Shown: positions 19,239 to 28,984, counted from the stretch's first letter. The stretch: 64,000 nt of DNA from Cenarchaeum sp. (GCA_965242695.1 CBDESU010000002.1:1536001-1600000); one strand, 5' to 3'. Numbers and translations: made by a program. Notes: generated from the sequence alone by a model not told the origin.

Positions 19239-20051
19239 ATCACGGGCGATGCCGGAACCCGCCTGCTGCTGGACCTGGAGTCGGGCAGGCGCAACGTGTT
19301 CCGCACGGGCGACGCCATGGAGATACTCGGCGCCTCGAGGGCGGCCGTCAACGGCCTGCTGCACCGGCTCGCGAAAAAGGGCCGCATCTACCGGATCGAG
19401 CGCGGCAAGTACGCCGTCGTGCCGGCTGCAGCGGGCTCTGCCGGGGTGTGGTTGGAGCTGCCAGAGGTCATCGGATGGCGCCTTGCCGAGCCGGCGTACA
19501 TCGGCTTCGGCTCTGCGCTGTTCTACTGGGACATGACGGAGCAGTATCCGTGCATTACGCAGGTTGCCACGACGAGGCGGAAGAGGCGCATGAAGTACGA
19601 GTACTACGAGTTCAACTTTGTCACGATGGACCGCAAGAGGTTCTTTGGCCAAAAGACCGTGACGCTAGAGGACCAGCCCGTCGTAATATCGGACCGGGAA
19701 AAGACGCTCGTCGACTGCGCCCTGCACCCGAGGTACTGCGGAACGCTGGAGGAGGTGGCAAAGGGGCTGTTCGGTGTGTGGGACGAACTCGACGCGGAAA
19801 AAATGTTCGAGTACGCGGAGCGGATCGGGGTGAGGGCCGTCAGGTCGCGCCTGCTGTACCTGCTCGACGTCCTCGGGCTCGATCCGCCCGAGCCGGCCGC
19901 CGCAGGCCCGGAGGACGACGCGGGCGGAAAAAGGGAGGGCTATTCGTGGCTCGATCCCACGTGGCACAAGAGGGCGCTCGGATACTCGAAAAAATACCGT
20001 CTGATCATAAACCGGGACAACGAGTCCCTCATGCGGTGGTACGGCCACTGA
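19236..20051 (+). CDS. abiEi: Type IV TA antitoxin AbiEi (wHTH plus C-terminal domain)
   Basis: wHTH LLHRLAKKGRIYRIERGKY; AYIGFGSALFYWDMTEQ; ISDREKTLVDC; overlaps the AbiEii ATG. The ORF-track 5' extension is spurious. Confidence 0.87.
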   Translation: MITGDAGTRLLLDLESGRRNVFRTGDAMEILGASRAAVNGLLHRLAKKGRIYRIERGKYAVVPAAAGSAGVWLELPEVIGWRLAEPAYIGFGSALFYWDMTEQYPCITQVATTRRKRRMKYEYYEFNFVTMDRKRFFGQKTVTLEDQPVVISDREKTLVDCALHPRYCGTLEEVAKGLFGVWDELDAEKMFEYAERIGVRAVRSRLLYLLDVLGLDPPEPAAAGPEDDAGGKREGYSWLDPTWHKRALGYSKKYRLIINRDNESLMRWYGH

Positions 20052-20851
20052 TGATCGGAAGGGATGCCGTGAGGCAAGAGTCGGCAAGGCTGCGCTGCAA
20101 CGCCTCGCTGGTCGAAAGGGACTATGTCGCCGGGTGGCTGCTGCGCGCCATTGCGGGCAGCTCCGTATCAGGGAGGATCGCCTTCAAGGGGGGCACCGCG
20201 CTGTCCCGGGTGCACTACTGGCGGCGGTGGCGGCACTCGGAAGATCTTGACTTTTCCGCCCCGGACGGCCTAGAGTGGGACGACATGGAGCATGCGCTTC
20301 GGGACGAGGTGCCGCCCTACCTCCAGGACCACGCGCAGATGCACACGGAGGTGCGCCGGCGGATCCACACGAACCCCGTGTACGCGCAGGCGAGAATAAA
20401 GTACGTAGGACCGCTCGGACCGAACACGATCAAGGTGGAGGCGACAAGGCCCGCATGCGACGACATCGTCATCGCGGACGCCCTGGTGCCGGGGTACTTT
20501 GACTGCCCGGAGTTTAGGACGAGGGTGCATTCACTCGACACGATAATGGCGGAAAAGATGCTCGCGCTGGTCAGGCGCGGCTACGCCCGCGACTACTACG
20601 ACGCATGGCGGCTCCTTCGGGAGGGCGACTATGATGCCGGCGCGGTCCGCCGCCTGTTCGCATCGCTGTGCAGGTCGAGCGGAACCGAGTACGGCACGGG
20701 CCGCGTCGGGGCAGACGGCGCCGCGGCCGAGCTGGAGCCGTACCTGAAGACGGGGCCGTTCCGGCTGCTCTCCGGGGATGCGCCGCCCGTCCGCGACCTG
20801 GTCGACGAGACGCGGCGCGGACTCGAGGGACTGCTCGGCGGAGCGTCCTGA
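20051..20851 (+). CDS. abiEii: Type IV TA toxin AbiEii (nucleotidyltransferase)
   Basis: VERDY, AFKGGTAL, RHSEDLDF, IKVE, MAEK, ARDYYD; TGATG coupling with abiEi. Confidence 0.9.
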   Translation: MIGRDAVRQESARLRCNASLVERDYVAGWLLRAIAGSSVSGRIAFKGGTALSRVHYWRRWRHSEDLDFSAPDGLEWDDMEHALRDEVPPYLQDHAQMHTEVRRRIHTNPVYAQARIKYVGPLGPNTIKVEATRPACDDIVIADALVPGYFDCPEFRTRVHSLDTIMAEKMLALVRRGYARDYYDAWRLLREGDYDAGAVRRLFASLCRSSGTEYGTGRVGADGAAAELEPYLKTGPFRLLSGDAPPVRDLVDETRRGLEGLLGGAS

Positions 20852-20909
20852 CGCGCGGGCCCGCCGCCCTGCCCGCTAGATATTTACCAAATCCGCGGGC
20901 CGCGCCGCC

Positions 20910-23516
20910 GTGGCAGGCAAGAGGGCGGCCGCGCCGCGCATAAGCTCCGCCCTGAGGGCGGTCGAGCTGCGCCAGGTTCCGCCGCCGCTCATAATCGGCG
21001 AGCGCGTCAACGTGCAGGGATCGGCGCGCGCCAAGAAGATGGTCATGGCCGACGACTACGACGGGCTCGTCGGCCTGGCCCGCTCCCAGGTCGACGACGG
21101 GGCGCACTGCCTCGACGTGTGCGTGGCCACGACCGAGCGCGACGACGAAAGGGACTTCATGGTGTCCCTTGTAAAGCGCATAAGCCTAGAGGTGCCGGCC
21201 CCGCTCGTCATCGACTCGACCGATCCCGAAGTGCTCGAGGCGGCCGTGAGGCAGGTGCCGGGCCGTCCCATGATAAACTCGATAAACCTAGAGGGCGACG
21301 GCTCGCGGTTCGACCGCATCGCCCCCATAATGGCAAGGTACGGCGTGCCGGCCGTGGCAATGTGCATAGGGCCCGACGGCATGGCAAAGACGCCCGAGCA
21401 AAAGGTGCGGGTCGCCGAGATGATGGTCGAGAGGGGCGCAAGGTTCGGCCTCCGCGAGGACCAGTTCGTCTTCGACGTCATTACATTCACGCTCGGCACG
21501 GGAGAGGAAGAGTACGCCGGCTCGGGGCCAAAGACGCTCGAGGGGATCGAGCTCGTCAAGAGGCGGTTCCCTTCCGCCTTTACGACCCTCGGCCTGAGCA
21601 ACATCAGCTTTGGGCTCGACCCGCCGGCGCGCCGCGTCATCAACTCGGCGTTCCTCCACCACGCGGTCGCAAGGGGCCTGGACAGCGCCATCGTGAACGC
21701 GCGCGACATCACGCCGTACGCGCAGCTCGACGCGCGCGAGAGGGGCCTGGCCGACGACCTCATCTTCAACCGCTCCCCCGATGCGCTGCCGGCGCTGATC
21801 GACCACTTCGAGGCGGCGGGGGCGGGCTCGGGGGCCCGCAAATCGAGGGCGCCGGACGTGGATCCGTCCCTGCCGCCGGGCCGGCGCGCCAACTTTCGCA
21901 TAGTCCACAGGCTCAAGGACGGCATCCGCGACGACGTCGTAGAGGCCATCGCCGAGAGGATCGGCGCGACGGCCTCGCTGCGGCGGCTCGGGGAAGGAGA
22001 AGCCGCCGGGCAGCCGTCCGCCCGGATCGCGCTCGACGAGCCGCCCGAGAAGACGCACGACGGGGCCATCAGGACGCTCAACGACGACCTGCTGCCTGCC
22101 ATGAAGGAGGTCGGCGACCTGTTCGGGTCGGGCCAGCTCATACTGCCGTTCGTCCTAAAATCGGCAGAGTGCATGAAGGCCGCCGTCGCCGAGCTTGAAA
22201 AGTACCTGCTCCGCGACGAGGCCGGCGCCGCATCAAAGGGCACGCTGGTCCTGGGGACCGTGTACGGCGACGTCCACGACATCGGCAAGAACCTTGTAAA
22301 GACGATATTCGAGAACAACGGATACGCCGTCCACGACCTCGGCAAGCAGGTGCCCCTGCAGTCGTTCCTGGACAAGATCGAGGAGGTCCGGCCCGACGCC
22401 GTCGGCCTCTCGGCGCTGCTTGTCGTGACGTCGTCGCAGATGGGCATGTTCGTCGAGCATGCAAGGCGCACCGGCATGGACGTGCCGGTGCTGTGCGGCG
22501 GGGCGGCGATCAACACCGACTTTGTCAACCGCATAGCGACAAAGGGCGGCGTGTACGAGCCCGGCGTGTTCTACTGCGCGACGATGTTCGACGGGCTGCG
22601 CACGATGGACGTGCTCGTCACGGACGGCGGCGCCGGCCGCGCCGCGCTGCTCGAGGAGTGGAGGGGAGGCCTAGAGCGGTGGCAAAGGGCGTCCGAGGAG
22701 AGGGCCGCAAGGCGCAAGGCGCAGGGGGAGCGGGAAAGGGGCGGGGAGGGGCCGCCGCGCGGACAGGTCTCCCCCGCGCCGGACGTCCCAAAGCCGCCGT
22801 CGCTCGGCGTGCGCGCCAGGCTCGGGCCCCGCGAGATCGACCTAGGCGAGGTGTGGCGCCTCTTGGATCAGAGGTCGCTGTTCAAGATGTCGTGGGGGCT
22901 GCGCGGCAGGGCCGGCCAAGAGTCCGAGGCCGAGCACGAGCGGCTGCTAGAGTCGTGGAAGGAGCGCGTCGCCGACGAGCGGCTCTTCGAGCCGGCCGCC
23001 GTGTACGGGTACTACGGGTGCGCGGGCGGCGGCGCGGACGGCCGCCTTGCGGTCGAGCTGCCGGACGGCGGCGATTCGGTAACGTTCGAGTTTCCGCGGT
23101 CGTCGCGCGAAAAGCGCCTGTGCCTGGCCGACTACTTTGGACCGTCCGACACGGTCGCGTTCCAGGCAGTCACGGTCGGGGCCCGGGCCTCGGCCGTCAT
23201 CGACGGGTGGAATGCGCAGGACCGCTACTCGGACGCGTACTACCTGCACGGCCTGGCCGTCGAGACGGCCGAGGCGCTCGCCGAGTGGGTGCACCGGCGC
23301 GTGCGCGCCGACCTTGGCCTCACGCCGGGCAGGGGGCTGCGGTACAGCTGGGGGTACCCCAGCTGCCCCGACGTCGGGCAGCACCGCCTTGTCTGGGGCC
23401 TGCTGCGGCCGGACGAGTCGGGGATGACACTGACGGACGCCGGCCAGATCGTCCCCGAGCAGTCGACGGCGGCCGTCATCGTCCACCACCCAGACGCCGA
23501 GTACTTTGGGCTGTAG
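20910..23516 (+). CDS. metH: Methionine synthase, pterin-binding / B12-binding / reactivation subunit of split MetH
   Basis: IIGERVN, IDST, INSINLE, GLSNISFG, GDVHDIGKNLV (cobalamin DxHxxG), RYSWGYPSCPD, PEQST. Confidence 0.94.
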   Translation: MAGKRAAAPRISSALRAVELRQVPPPLIIGERVNVQGSARAKKMVMADDYDGLVGLARSQVDDGAHCLDVCVATTERDDERDFMVSLVKRISLEVPAPLVIDSTDPEVLEAAVRQVPGRPMINSINLEGDGSRFDRIAPIMARYGVPAVAMCIGPDGMAKTPEQKVRVAEMMVERGARFGLREDQFVFDVITFTLGTGEEEYAGSGPKTLEGIELVKRRFPSAFTTLGLSNISFGLDPPARRVINSAFLHHAVARGLDSAIVNARDITPYAQLDARERGLADDLIFNRSPDALPALIDHFEAAGAGSGARKSRAPDVDPSLPPGRRANFRIVHRLKDGIRDDVVEAIAERIGATASLRRLGEGEAAGQPSARIALDEPPEKTHDGAIRTLNDDLLPAMKEVGDLFGSGQLILPFVLKSAECMKAAVAELEKYLLRDEAGAASKGTLVLGTVYGDVHDIGKNLVKTIFENNGYAVHDLGKQVPLQSFLDKIEEVRPDAVGLSALLVVTSSQMGMFVEHARRTGMDVPVLCGGAAINTDFVNRIATKGGVYEPGVFYCATMFDGLRTMDVLVTDGGAGRAALLEEWRGGLERWQRASEERAARRKAQGERERGGEGPPRGQVSPAPDVPKPPSLGVRARLGPREIDLGEVWRLLDQRSLFKMSWGLRGRAGQESEAEHERLLESWKERVADERLFEPAAVYGYYGCAGGGADGRLAVELPDGGDSVTFEFPRSSREKRLCLADYFGPSDTVAFQAVTVGARASAVIDGWNAQDRYSDAYYLHGLAVETAEALAEWVHRRVRADLGLTPGRGLRYSWGYPSCPDVGQHRLVWGLLRPDESGMTLTDAGQIVPEQSTAAVIVHHPDAEYFGL

Positions 23517-23552
23517 CCGCGCGCCGATCCGGCCCGCCCGCCGGCCCGCCCG

Positions 23553-24341
23553 CTAGAGGCTGGCCAGGGCGTCCCTTGCGGCCGCAAAGTCGCTCGGGGA
23601 CGTGACCAGGACGTCGCCGGCCTCTGCGTGCACCCTGCCGATGAACCCCGACGGGTCGCGCTCGTACCCGGACCAGTCGAGGCCCAGGAACTTTGCCGAT
23701 CCCCTGTTGGCCTCGGACGGGACGAGCACGATGGGCACCACGCGGAAGCCCATCGGCGCCAGGCTGCCGCAGATCCGGCCGACCTCCCCGACCGACGATA
23801 CGACCTGCGTGAAAAAGCCGGCCGGCCGCGCGGCGATCTTTGCCCGCATGGCGGCGCCGCGGCCGGCGGGGCCGGCCGCGGACAGGAACACGTCGATGCC
23901 GGCCGCGCCGGCCGCGGCGCGCATGCCCGCCGCCGCCCTGCTCGGCGCCAGCGGCGGGGCCCCTCCGGCCGCGCCCCCCGCACCTGCGCCCCTCGGCGGG
24001 TCGCCCATGACGACGAGTATGCCTCCTATCCCCTCGGCGGCGGCCCTGCTGACGAACGCGAGCGCATCGCCCTGGGATCGGCCGCGCGTCCTCATCGTGA
24101 CCGTAACGGAGAGGCGCGGCTCGATCTCCCTTATGCGGCCGGCCGTCGCGATCGGCGAGAGGCGGCGCGTGCCGAGGACGGACTCTGTGACGTGCACCGC
24201 ATCGCACCGCGGGCACGACTCGGACAGCTCGGCGATGCGCCTCTCGACGCCCTCGAGCAGCCGCGATGCCTCGGCCCCGCCGGGCTCGCCGGCAGAGCCC
24301 TCGGGCAGCCTCGGCGGGTTGACCTCGTACCCTATCGCCAC
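23553..24341 (-). CDS. Methylenetetrahydrofolate reductase-like flavoprotein (thaumarchaeal MetF-like)
   Basis: YEVNPP, HVTESVLG, ILVVMGDP, GFFTQV motifs; convergent with metH. Confidence 0.75.
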   Translation of the reverse strand: MAIGYEVNPPRLPEGSAGEPGGAEASRLLEGVERRIAELSESCPRCDAVHVTESVLGTRRLSPIATAGRIREIEPRLSVTVTMRTRGRSQGDALAFVSRAAAEGIGGILVVMGDPPRGAGAGGAAGGAPPLAPSRAAAGMRAAAGAAGIDVFLSAAGPAGRGAAMRAKIAARPAGFFTQVVSSVGEVGRICGSLAPMGFRVVPIVLVPSEANRGSAKFLGLDWSGYERDPSGFIGRVHAEAGDVLVTSPSDFAAARDALASL

Positions 24342-24391
24342 GCCCGGCCGAGCCAGGCCCCGCTAAATTACTTGATCGCAATGCCAATATC

Positions 24392-25090
24392 ATGCGGGCA
24401 GCGCCCGCGGCGCGCGGCATGGATGCGAGGACCATTGCGGGGCTACTCTCGACGCCGATCGGCCCGCCGGCCGGCCGCGGCGACAGGGCGGTCGCCGAGT
24501 CGCTCGGGGCGCCGGGCATGCGGCCGGCCCGCCCGGCGGCCGTCCTTGTGCCCGTCTGCGCCGGCCGCGGGCCGGGGGGCGAGGCGACCGTCCTCATGAC
24601 CCGAAAGCGCGCCGGCCTGCGCGTGCATGCCGGCGAGATATCCTTTCCAGGCGGCAAGCCCGAGCCCTGCGATGCGGACCTGCTTGACACGGCCCTGCGC
24701 GAGACGCTCGAGGAGATCAACCTGCCCGTCGACAGGCGGCAGGTCGTCGGGCAGCTCGACCCCGTCAGCACGGCGGGGACGGGCTTTGTCATACTGCCGT
24801 TCGTGGCCGTCGTTGGCGGCGGGTTCGGCGGGGCGGCCGGCGGCTGCGGCGATCCCCTCGGCCGCCTGCGCGCCGCCCGCGGTGAGGTCGACGAGATAAT
24901 CGAGCTTCCGCTTGTGCGCCTCCTGGGGACCATGTCGACGGACGCCGATCCGTCCCACCGCTCGGCCCGCCTTGAGGCGCTGTCGTTCTCGCTTGGGGGG
25001 TGGATCGTGTGGGGTGCGACGGCGCGCATACTCGGCCAGGTTGCGCGACGCCTCGGCTGCGCGCCGCCAGGCCTTGCCGCTTCCCCGTAA
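24392..25090 (+). CDS. NUDIX hydrolase, CoA pyrophosphatase (NudL) type
   Basis: AAVLV, HAGEISFPGGK, TALRETLEEI (Nudix box), IVWGATARIL. Confidence 0.9.
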   Translation: MRAAPAARGMDARTIAGLLSTPIGPPAGRGDRAVAESLGAPGMRPARPAAVLVPVCAGRGPGGEATVLMTRKRAGLRVHAGEISFPGGKPEPCDADLLDTALRETLEEINLPVDRRQVVGQLDPVSTAGTGFVILPFVAVVGGGFGGAAGGCGDPLGRLRAARGEVDEIIELPLVRLLGTMSTDADPSHRSARLEALSFSLGGWIVWGATARILGQVARRLGCAPPGLAASP

Positions 25091-25675
25091 GGGCCGCCCC
25101 AGCTGCGCCCGCCGCCCGTGCGGGGGTTGCATCGCCGGCGGGGTGGCCATTCAGATATCTGGCGGCATCCGTGTCTAGAGCGCCCCAGGCACGCGCATGG
25201 CGGCATCGTGGGAGCGCGCGGCGTGGAGGGGCAGGAGGGGCAGGAACGATGCATTCATCGATCAAGCGATCGACGTGCGGCGTGAATGGGCGGGCGGCGG
25301 CAAGTGCGGGCGGTGCCGCGTCTCTGGTAGCTTGCGGGTGCCCTGATGCGCCGGATCGAATATCTTGAGGATGACAACAGGCACCTGTCAACGAAAGCGC
25401 ACGATTGGAGGCGGAATAAGCGCCGAAAAGCAGGTGCGCGAGGTGTGCAAGGCCCTCATGGACATGGGTGTGGAGCTTGCAGAGTCGCGCACCGGGGTGG
25501 CCAGGGCGGTCCTGGTCAGGGGCGAGGACGTCCGCTAGATGGGCTACGAAAGGTCCACCCTGCTGTGCGGCTAGGCCACGCTCTAGGCCCACTGGAACTG
25601 GTGGCCACACGGCAGGAGCAGGCGCCGGCGAGGCCTACGGTAGGGTTTAATAGACACCGGTGGGCGTCTCCGGGC

Positions 25676-25804
25676 ATGGTCAACAGGCACCCACAGGACG
25701 ACGACTACGGGGAGTACCTGCCGGGTGAGGACAAGATAGCATGCACCTACGACTCGGCAGAAGAGGCGGAAGAGGCAGTCCTTCGTGAAGTCTTCGGAGA
25801 GTGA
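25676..25804 (+). CDS. Small acidic protein (42 aa), putative antitoxin
   Basis: MVNRHPQDDDYGEYLPGEDKIACTYDSAEEAEEAVLREVFGE; TTTAATA box about 25-30 nt upstream; overlaps the downstream basic ORF. Confidence 0.45.
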   Translation: MVNRHPQDDDYGEYLPGEDKIACTYDSAEEAEEAVLREVFGE

Positions 25805-26054
25805 CGCTCGATTGGCAAAGACGTCACTCTCCGAGATTTTTAAACAACAGATCAAGGAGTTCGATCCAGTAACAACCGTGAGGATTCTTAGGACCTTCAA
25901 GCGGATTGAACGCTTGGTGGACGACTTGGTTCGGTACAGCTTGGATGTGGGAAAAATGACGATGAAAGTAAAGGTGGGAGGCGGTCTGTCAGTAGTAGTC
26001 CAAGTACTGCCACACGAAGACAAGATTGTGGTCAAAAAAATACTCCGGCGGTAG
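25785..26054 (+). CDS. Small basic RelE/ParE-like protein, putative toxin
   Basis: LSEIFKQQIKEFDPVTTVRIL...KVKVGGGLSVVVQVLPHEDKIVVKKILRR follows the RelE helix-helix-beta meander pattern; low GC. True start may be TTG near 25812. Confidence 0.55.
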   Translation: MKSSESDARLAKTSLSEIFKQQIKEFDPVTTVRILRTFKRIERLVDDLVRYSLDVGKMTMKVKVGGGLSVVVQVLPHEDKIVVKKILRR

Positions 26055-26488
26055 ATCCTGTCGTCCGTAGCGCTGGCGGGCGGAGCGCGGACCGCGGCGG
26101 GCACACCGCGCTAACCGTCCCATCCGGCGCGCTGGCGGGGGCCGTCGCATGAAGGCCGCATGAGGCCGCGTGCCGCCCCGCATCGCCGCCGGGTGTGCGG
26201 GGGGAGGTCCAGCCGTCTGCGAGCGATCCGCTGCGGCACGGGATCGAGCGCGCACATTCCGGCCTCTGGGGCGCACATGCCGCCCAGGGCGCCGCGCCCC
26301 GATGCAGTGCGGCAGGATACGACGGCCTAGGCGCCCGATGTCCTGCGGGAGCTTGGGTGCTAGGCGGGGCTCACGCGGCGGCAGGATACGGCGGCCCAGG
26401 CGCCCGGGTGCCGGGGACTTGAACGTGCACCCTGCAGGATCCTGGCCGCCCGCATTGGTTTAAAAGGAACGCGCCGGCGGCGGCGCGC

Positions 26489-26647
26489 ATGGCAGCCCGA
26501 AAGCCGTCCGGCAGGAAGATACGCCTTCACAAGAAGACGCTGCAGACCACGCCGGTTCCGACATGGATACTGCTCAGGACCAAGAGGCGGGTGCGCACGA
26601 ACCCCAAGCGCAGGGCCTGGCGGCAGACCGACGTAGAGGTGGGCTAG
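26489..26647 (+). CDS. rpl39e: 50S ribosomal protein L39e
   Basis: MAARKPSGRKIRLHKKTLQTTPVPTWILLRTKRRVRTNPKRRAWRQTDVEVG*; directly upstream of rpl31e. Not in the ORF track. Confidence 0.95.
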   Translation: MAARKPSGRKIRLHKKTLQTTPVPTWILLRTKRRVRTNPKRRAWRQTDVEVG

Positions 26648-26648
26648 C

Positions 26649-27368
26649 GTGTCGCAGGACCTGGATCGCGTATACACCATACCCCTCGGCAAGGTGCTGC
26701 TCTCGCCGGACAACCAGCGTGCAAAGAGGGCCATCAACATGATCAAGGAGTTTGCGCGCAAGCACATGAAGATCAACGACGTCCGCATCGACGAAGAGGT
26801 CTCCAAGCTTGTATGGGCGCGCGGGATGCGCCGGCCGCCGCGCAAGATCCGCGTGCGCATGGAGCGGACAGAGGAAAAGCACATACTGATCACCAGGTAC
26901 GACGAGCGCGACGACCTTGCCGGCGCCGGAACGGCCGCGCCGACAGGCGAGGCCGCGGGCGCCGAGACGGCGGCAGCGGCGCCGGCAGGCGCGGCCGTTG
27001 CGGCGGCAGGCGCGCCGGCGCTTGCCGAGGCCGGCGTTGCAGACGCCGGCGCCGACAGGCCGGGCGCCGAGGCGGCCGTGACCAAGGACGGCGACGATCT
27101 CGCGGACAAGGCAGACGCCGGCACGGACATGGACAAAGATGCCGGCGCTGATGCCGACGGCATGGACGCCGAGCCGGTCAAAGATGCCGAGGCCGATGCG
27201 GCCCCGGCCGACGCTGGCAAGACCGGCGAGGACGAGGGGCCGGCGCAGGCCGAGGCCAAGGCGGACGGCGCTGGCGACGTTGGCGGCGGCGATGCGGCCG
27301 CCCCGAAGGATTCTGCCGAGGCGCCCGCTGGCGGCGACAACGACGGCGGCGCAAAGCCCGGCAGCTAG
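26649..27368 (+). CDS. rpl31e: 50S ribosomal protein L31e with long acidic Ala/Asp-rich tail
   Basis: RVYTIPL...RAKRAINMIKEFARKHMK...VWARGMRRPPRKIRV, followed by about 150 low-complexity residues. Confidence 0.94.
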   Translation: MSQDLDRVYTIPLGKVLLSPDNQRAKRAINMIKEFARKHMKINDVRIDEEVSKLVWARGMRRPPRKIRVRMERTEEKHILITRYDERDDLAGAGTAAPTGEAAGAETAAAAPAGAAVAAAGAPALAEAGVADAGADRPGAEAAVTKDGDDLADKADAGTDMDKDAGADADGMDAEPVKDAEADAAPADAGKTGEDEGPAQAEAKADGAGDVGGGDAAAPKDSAEAPAGGDNDGGAKPGS

Positions 27369-27461
27369 CCGGACTCCATCCGGGGCTGGGCTGGCCGGCA
27401 CATGGTGCGACCGTTCGGCCGAGGAAATCTAATCTGGCCTGCACTATACGCGAAAGGCTGG

Positions 27462-28454
27462 TCAGCGCTCGATCTGCGGCATGTCCAGCCCGTTGTCGAT
27501 GCTACACTCTGGCTCGTCCCAGTCCAGCATGCTTTCGGCCGGTATCGCGCCGAGCGGGTCGTACGCGTCGAACTTTGCAGTGCTTTGAAGGGCCGATACC
27601 ATGACGACGCCGCCCGCGCCGCCCCCGGCCCCCGCCGCGTGCGAATAGTCTACCGTCGTCCCGCTGCCGCCGAGCGCGCCGCGCATGAGGCGCGAGACCG
27701 TGTCGATCACGCCCACGGGAACCTCGTCCCCGCCGAACACGTGCAGGACAGAGCTGGACACGTCCCCGGGCCCAGCCCCTGCGTACAGCATGCTCAGCGA
27801 CCGCCTTGCCGACTCTTCCAGCGCATCTGCCTGGCCGCCAGCGGTCACCATGCAGACGCCGCCGGGCGGCGGCGCGGCGCCTCGCAGCGAGGCGGCCACG
27901 CACACGATGGCGGGGTTCGTAATCCTGCGCGTTCCGGCGGGGCTGAGCGACGGGTTTGACGAGAGGACTGCGTCGTTGTCGACGACTACGGTGCAGGCGC
28001 AGTCGGCCCTGAGCCTCCTGAGGGCCGTGCCGGACGCAAAGATGCGGTCCGACTCGAACCCGAACGGCATGATGGCGATCGAGAACGCCTTGATGCCGGC
28101 CCTGCGGCACATGCGCGAGACGACCGGCGCGATGGCGGCCCCGCTCCTGCCGGCCAGGCTGCCGAGTATGACGGCCGAGCCGCACCCGCGCAGGGCGTCC
28201 TCCAGCCGTGCCGACACGCCGGATGCCGTGGTGCAGCCCCTTATCATGGCCGACGACGGGTTGACCACCCCGCCGGTCGGCACCAGAATGTTGATGCCGG
28301 CCGCGCGCCCGGCGCCTCCTGCCTCCGCCAGGTCTGCCGGATCGTTGCTGATTCTAACGTAGTCGCACCCGATGGCGGCCGCAACCTGCGGGGCCAGGCG
28401 CGATCCCGCGCCTCCGGCGCCGACCACAAGGACGGGGCCTGCAAGCTCTGCCAT
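27462..28454 (-). CDS. ftsZ: Divergent thaumarchaeal FtsZ/tubulin-like protein
   Basis: VVGAGGAG, LAGRSGAAIAP in place of GGGTGTG, IMPFGFE, VVDND, C-terminal LDWDEPECSID. Confidence 0.82.
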   Translation of the reverse strand: MAELAGPVLVVGAGGAGSRLAPQVAAAIGCDYVRISNDPADLAEAGGAGRAAGINILVPTGGVVNPSSAMIRGCTTASGVSARLEDALRGCGSAVILGSLAGRSGAAIAPVVSRMCRRAGIKAFSIAIMPFGFESDRIFASGTALRRLRADCACTVVVDNDAVLSSNPSLSPAGTRRITNPAIVCVAASLRGAAPPPGGVCMVTAGGQADALEESARRSLSMLYAGAGPGDVSSSVLHVFGGDEVPVGVIDTVSRLMRGALGGSGTTVDYSHAAGAGGGAGGVVMVSALQSTAKFDAYDPLGAIPAESMLDWDEPECSIDNGLDMPQIER

Positions 28455-28984
28455 CGGCGGCCCTGTCCGGGCTCTCGTAAAATATCTTTGGGCCAAAAAG
28501 GTTCGATCGGGCGATCAAAAAGATCTAGCTTGGCGGGGCGCCGGGGGCCCCGTCAGGGGGCCGATCGCCGGCCGCCGGCCGCCCGATTGGGCGCCGGCTG
28601 GGGGGGGGGGGTGGGGGCAGAGGGGCGGGCCTCCGGCCGCGCCGCCTTGGCATCGGGATGCGCCGGCCGCGCCGCCGGGCGGACGTCCTCCTGCCATGTC
28701 CTGCATGACCCCGCTCCGCATTGGGATCTCCAGTGCGCCGCCATTCCCATGTGTCTCTCCCCCTGCGATCGCCTCTTCGGCCTCGCTCCAGCCCCCGCAT
28801 GCGATCGCCTCTTTTCGCGCCCGCGCGCCGGCCTCCTGCGATCGCGCGTCTTCGCCCCCGGGACTGCCGTCAGGGCTCGGCCGTCCGCGGGCGGGCAGCG
28901 CACGCGGCGCGCCCCGCTGCACTGCGGCGAAGACTGGCTGCCCGCGCGGCGGGCCCCCGGCCCCCCTGCGCGCGCGCCGGCCGC

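Noticed and set aside
18052-23516. Split metH as a novelty or pseudogene
   Set aside because: Two-gene MetH is, to my knowledge, normal in Thaumarchaeota, and both halves have intact motifs.
27462-28454. FtsZ lacking GGGTGTG as a novel tubulin
   Set aside because: Divergent FtsZ without the canonical signature is known in Thaumarchaeota.
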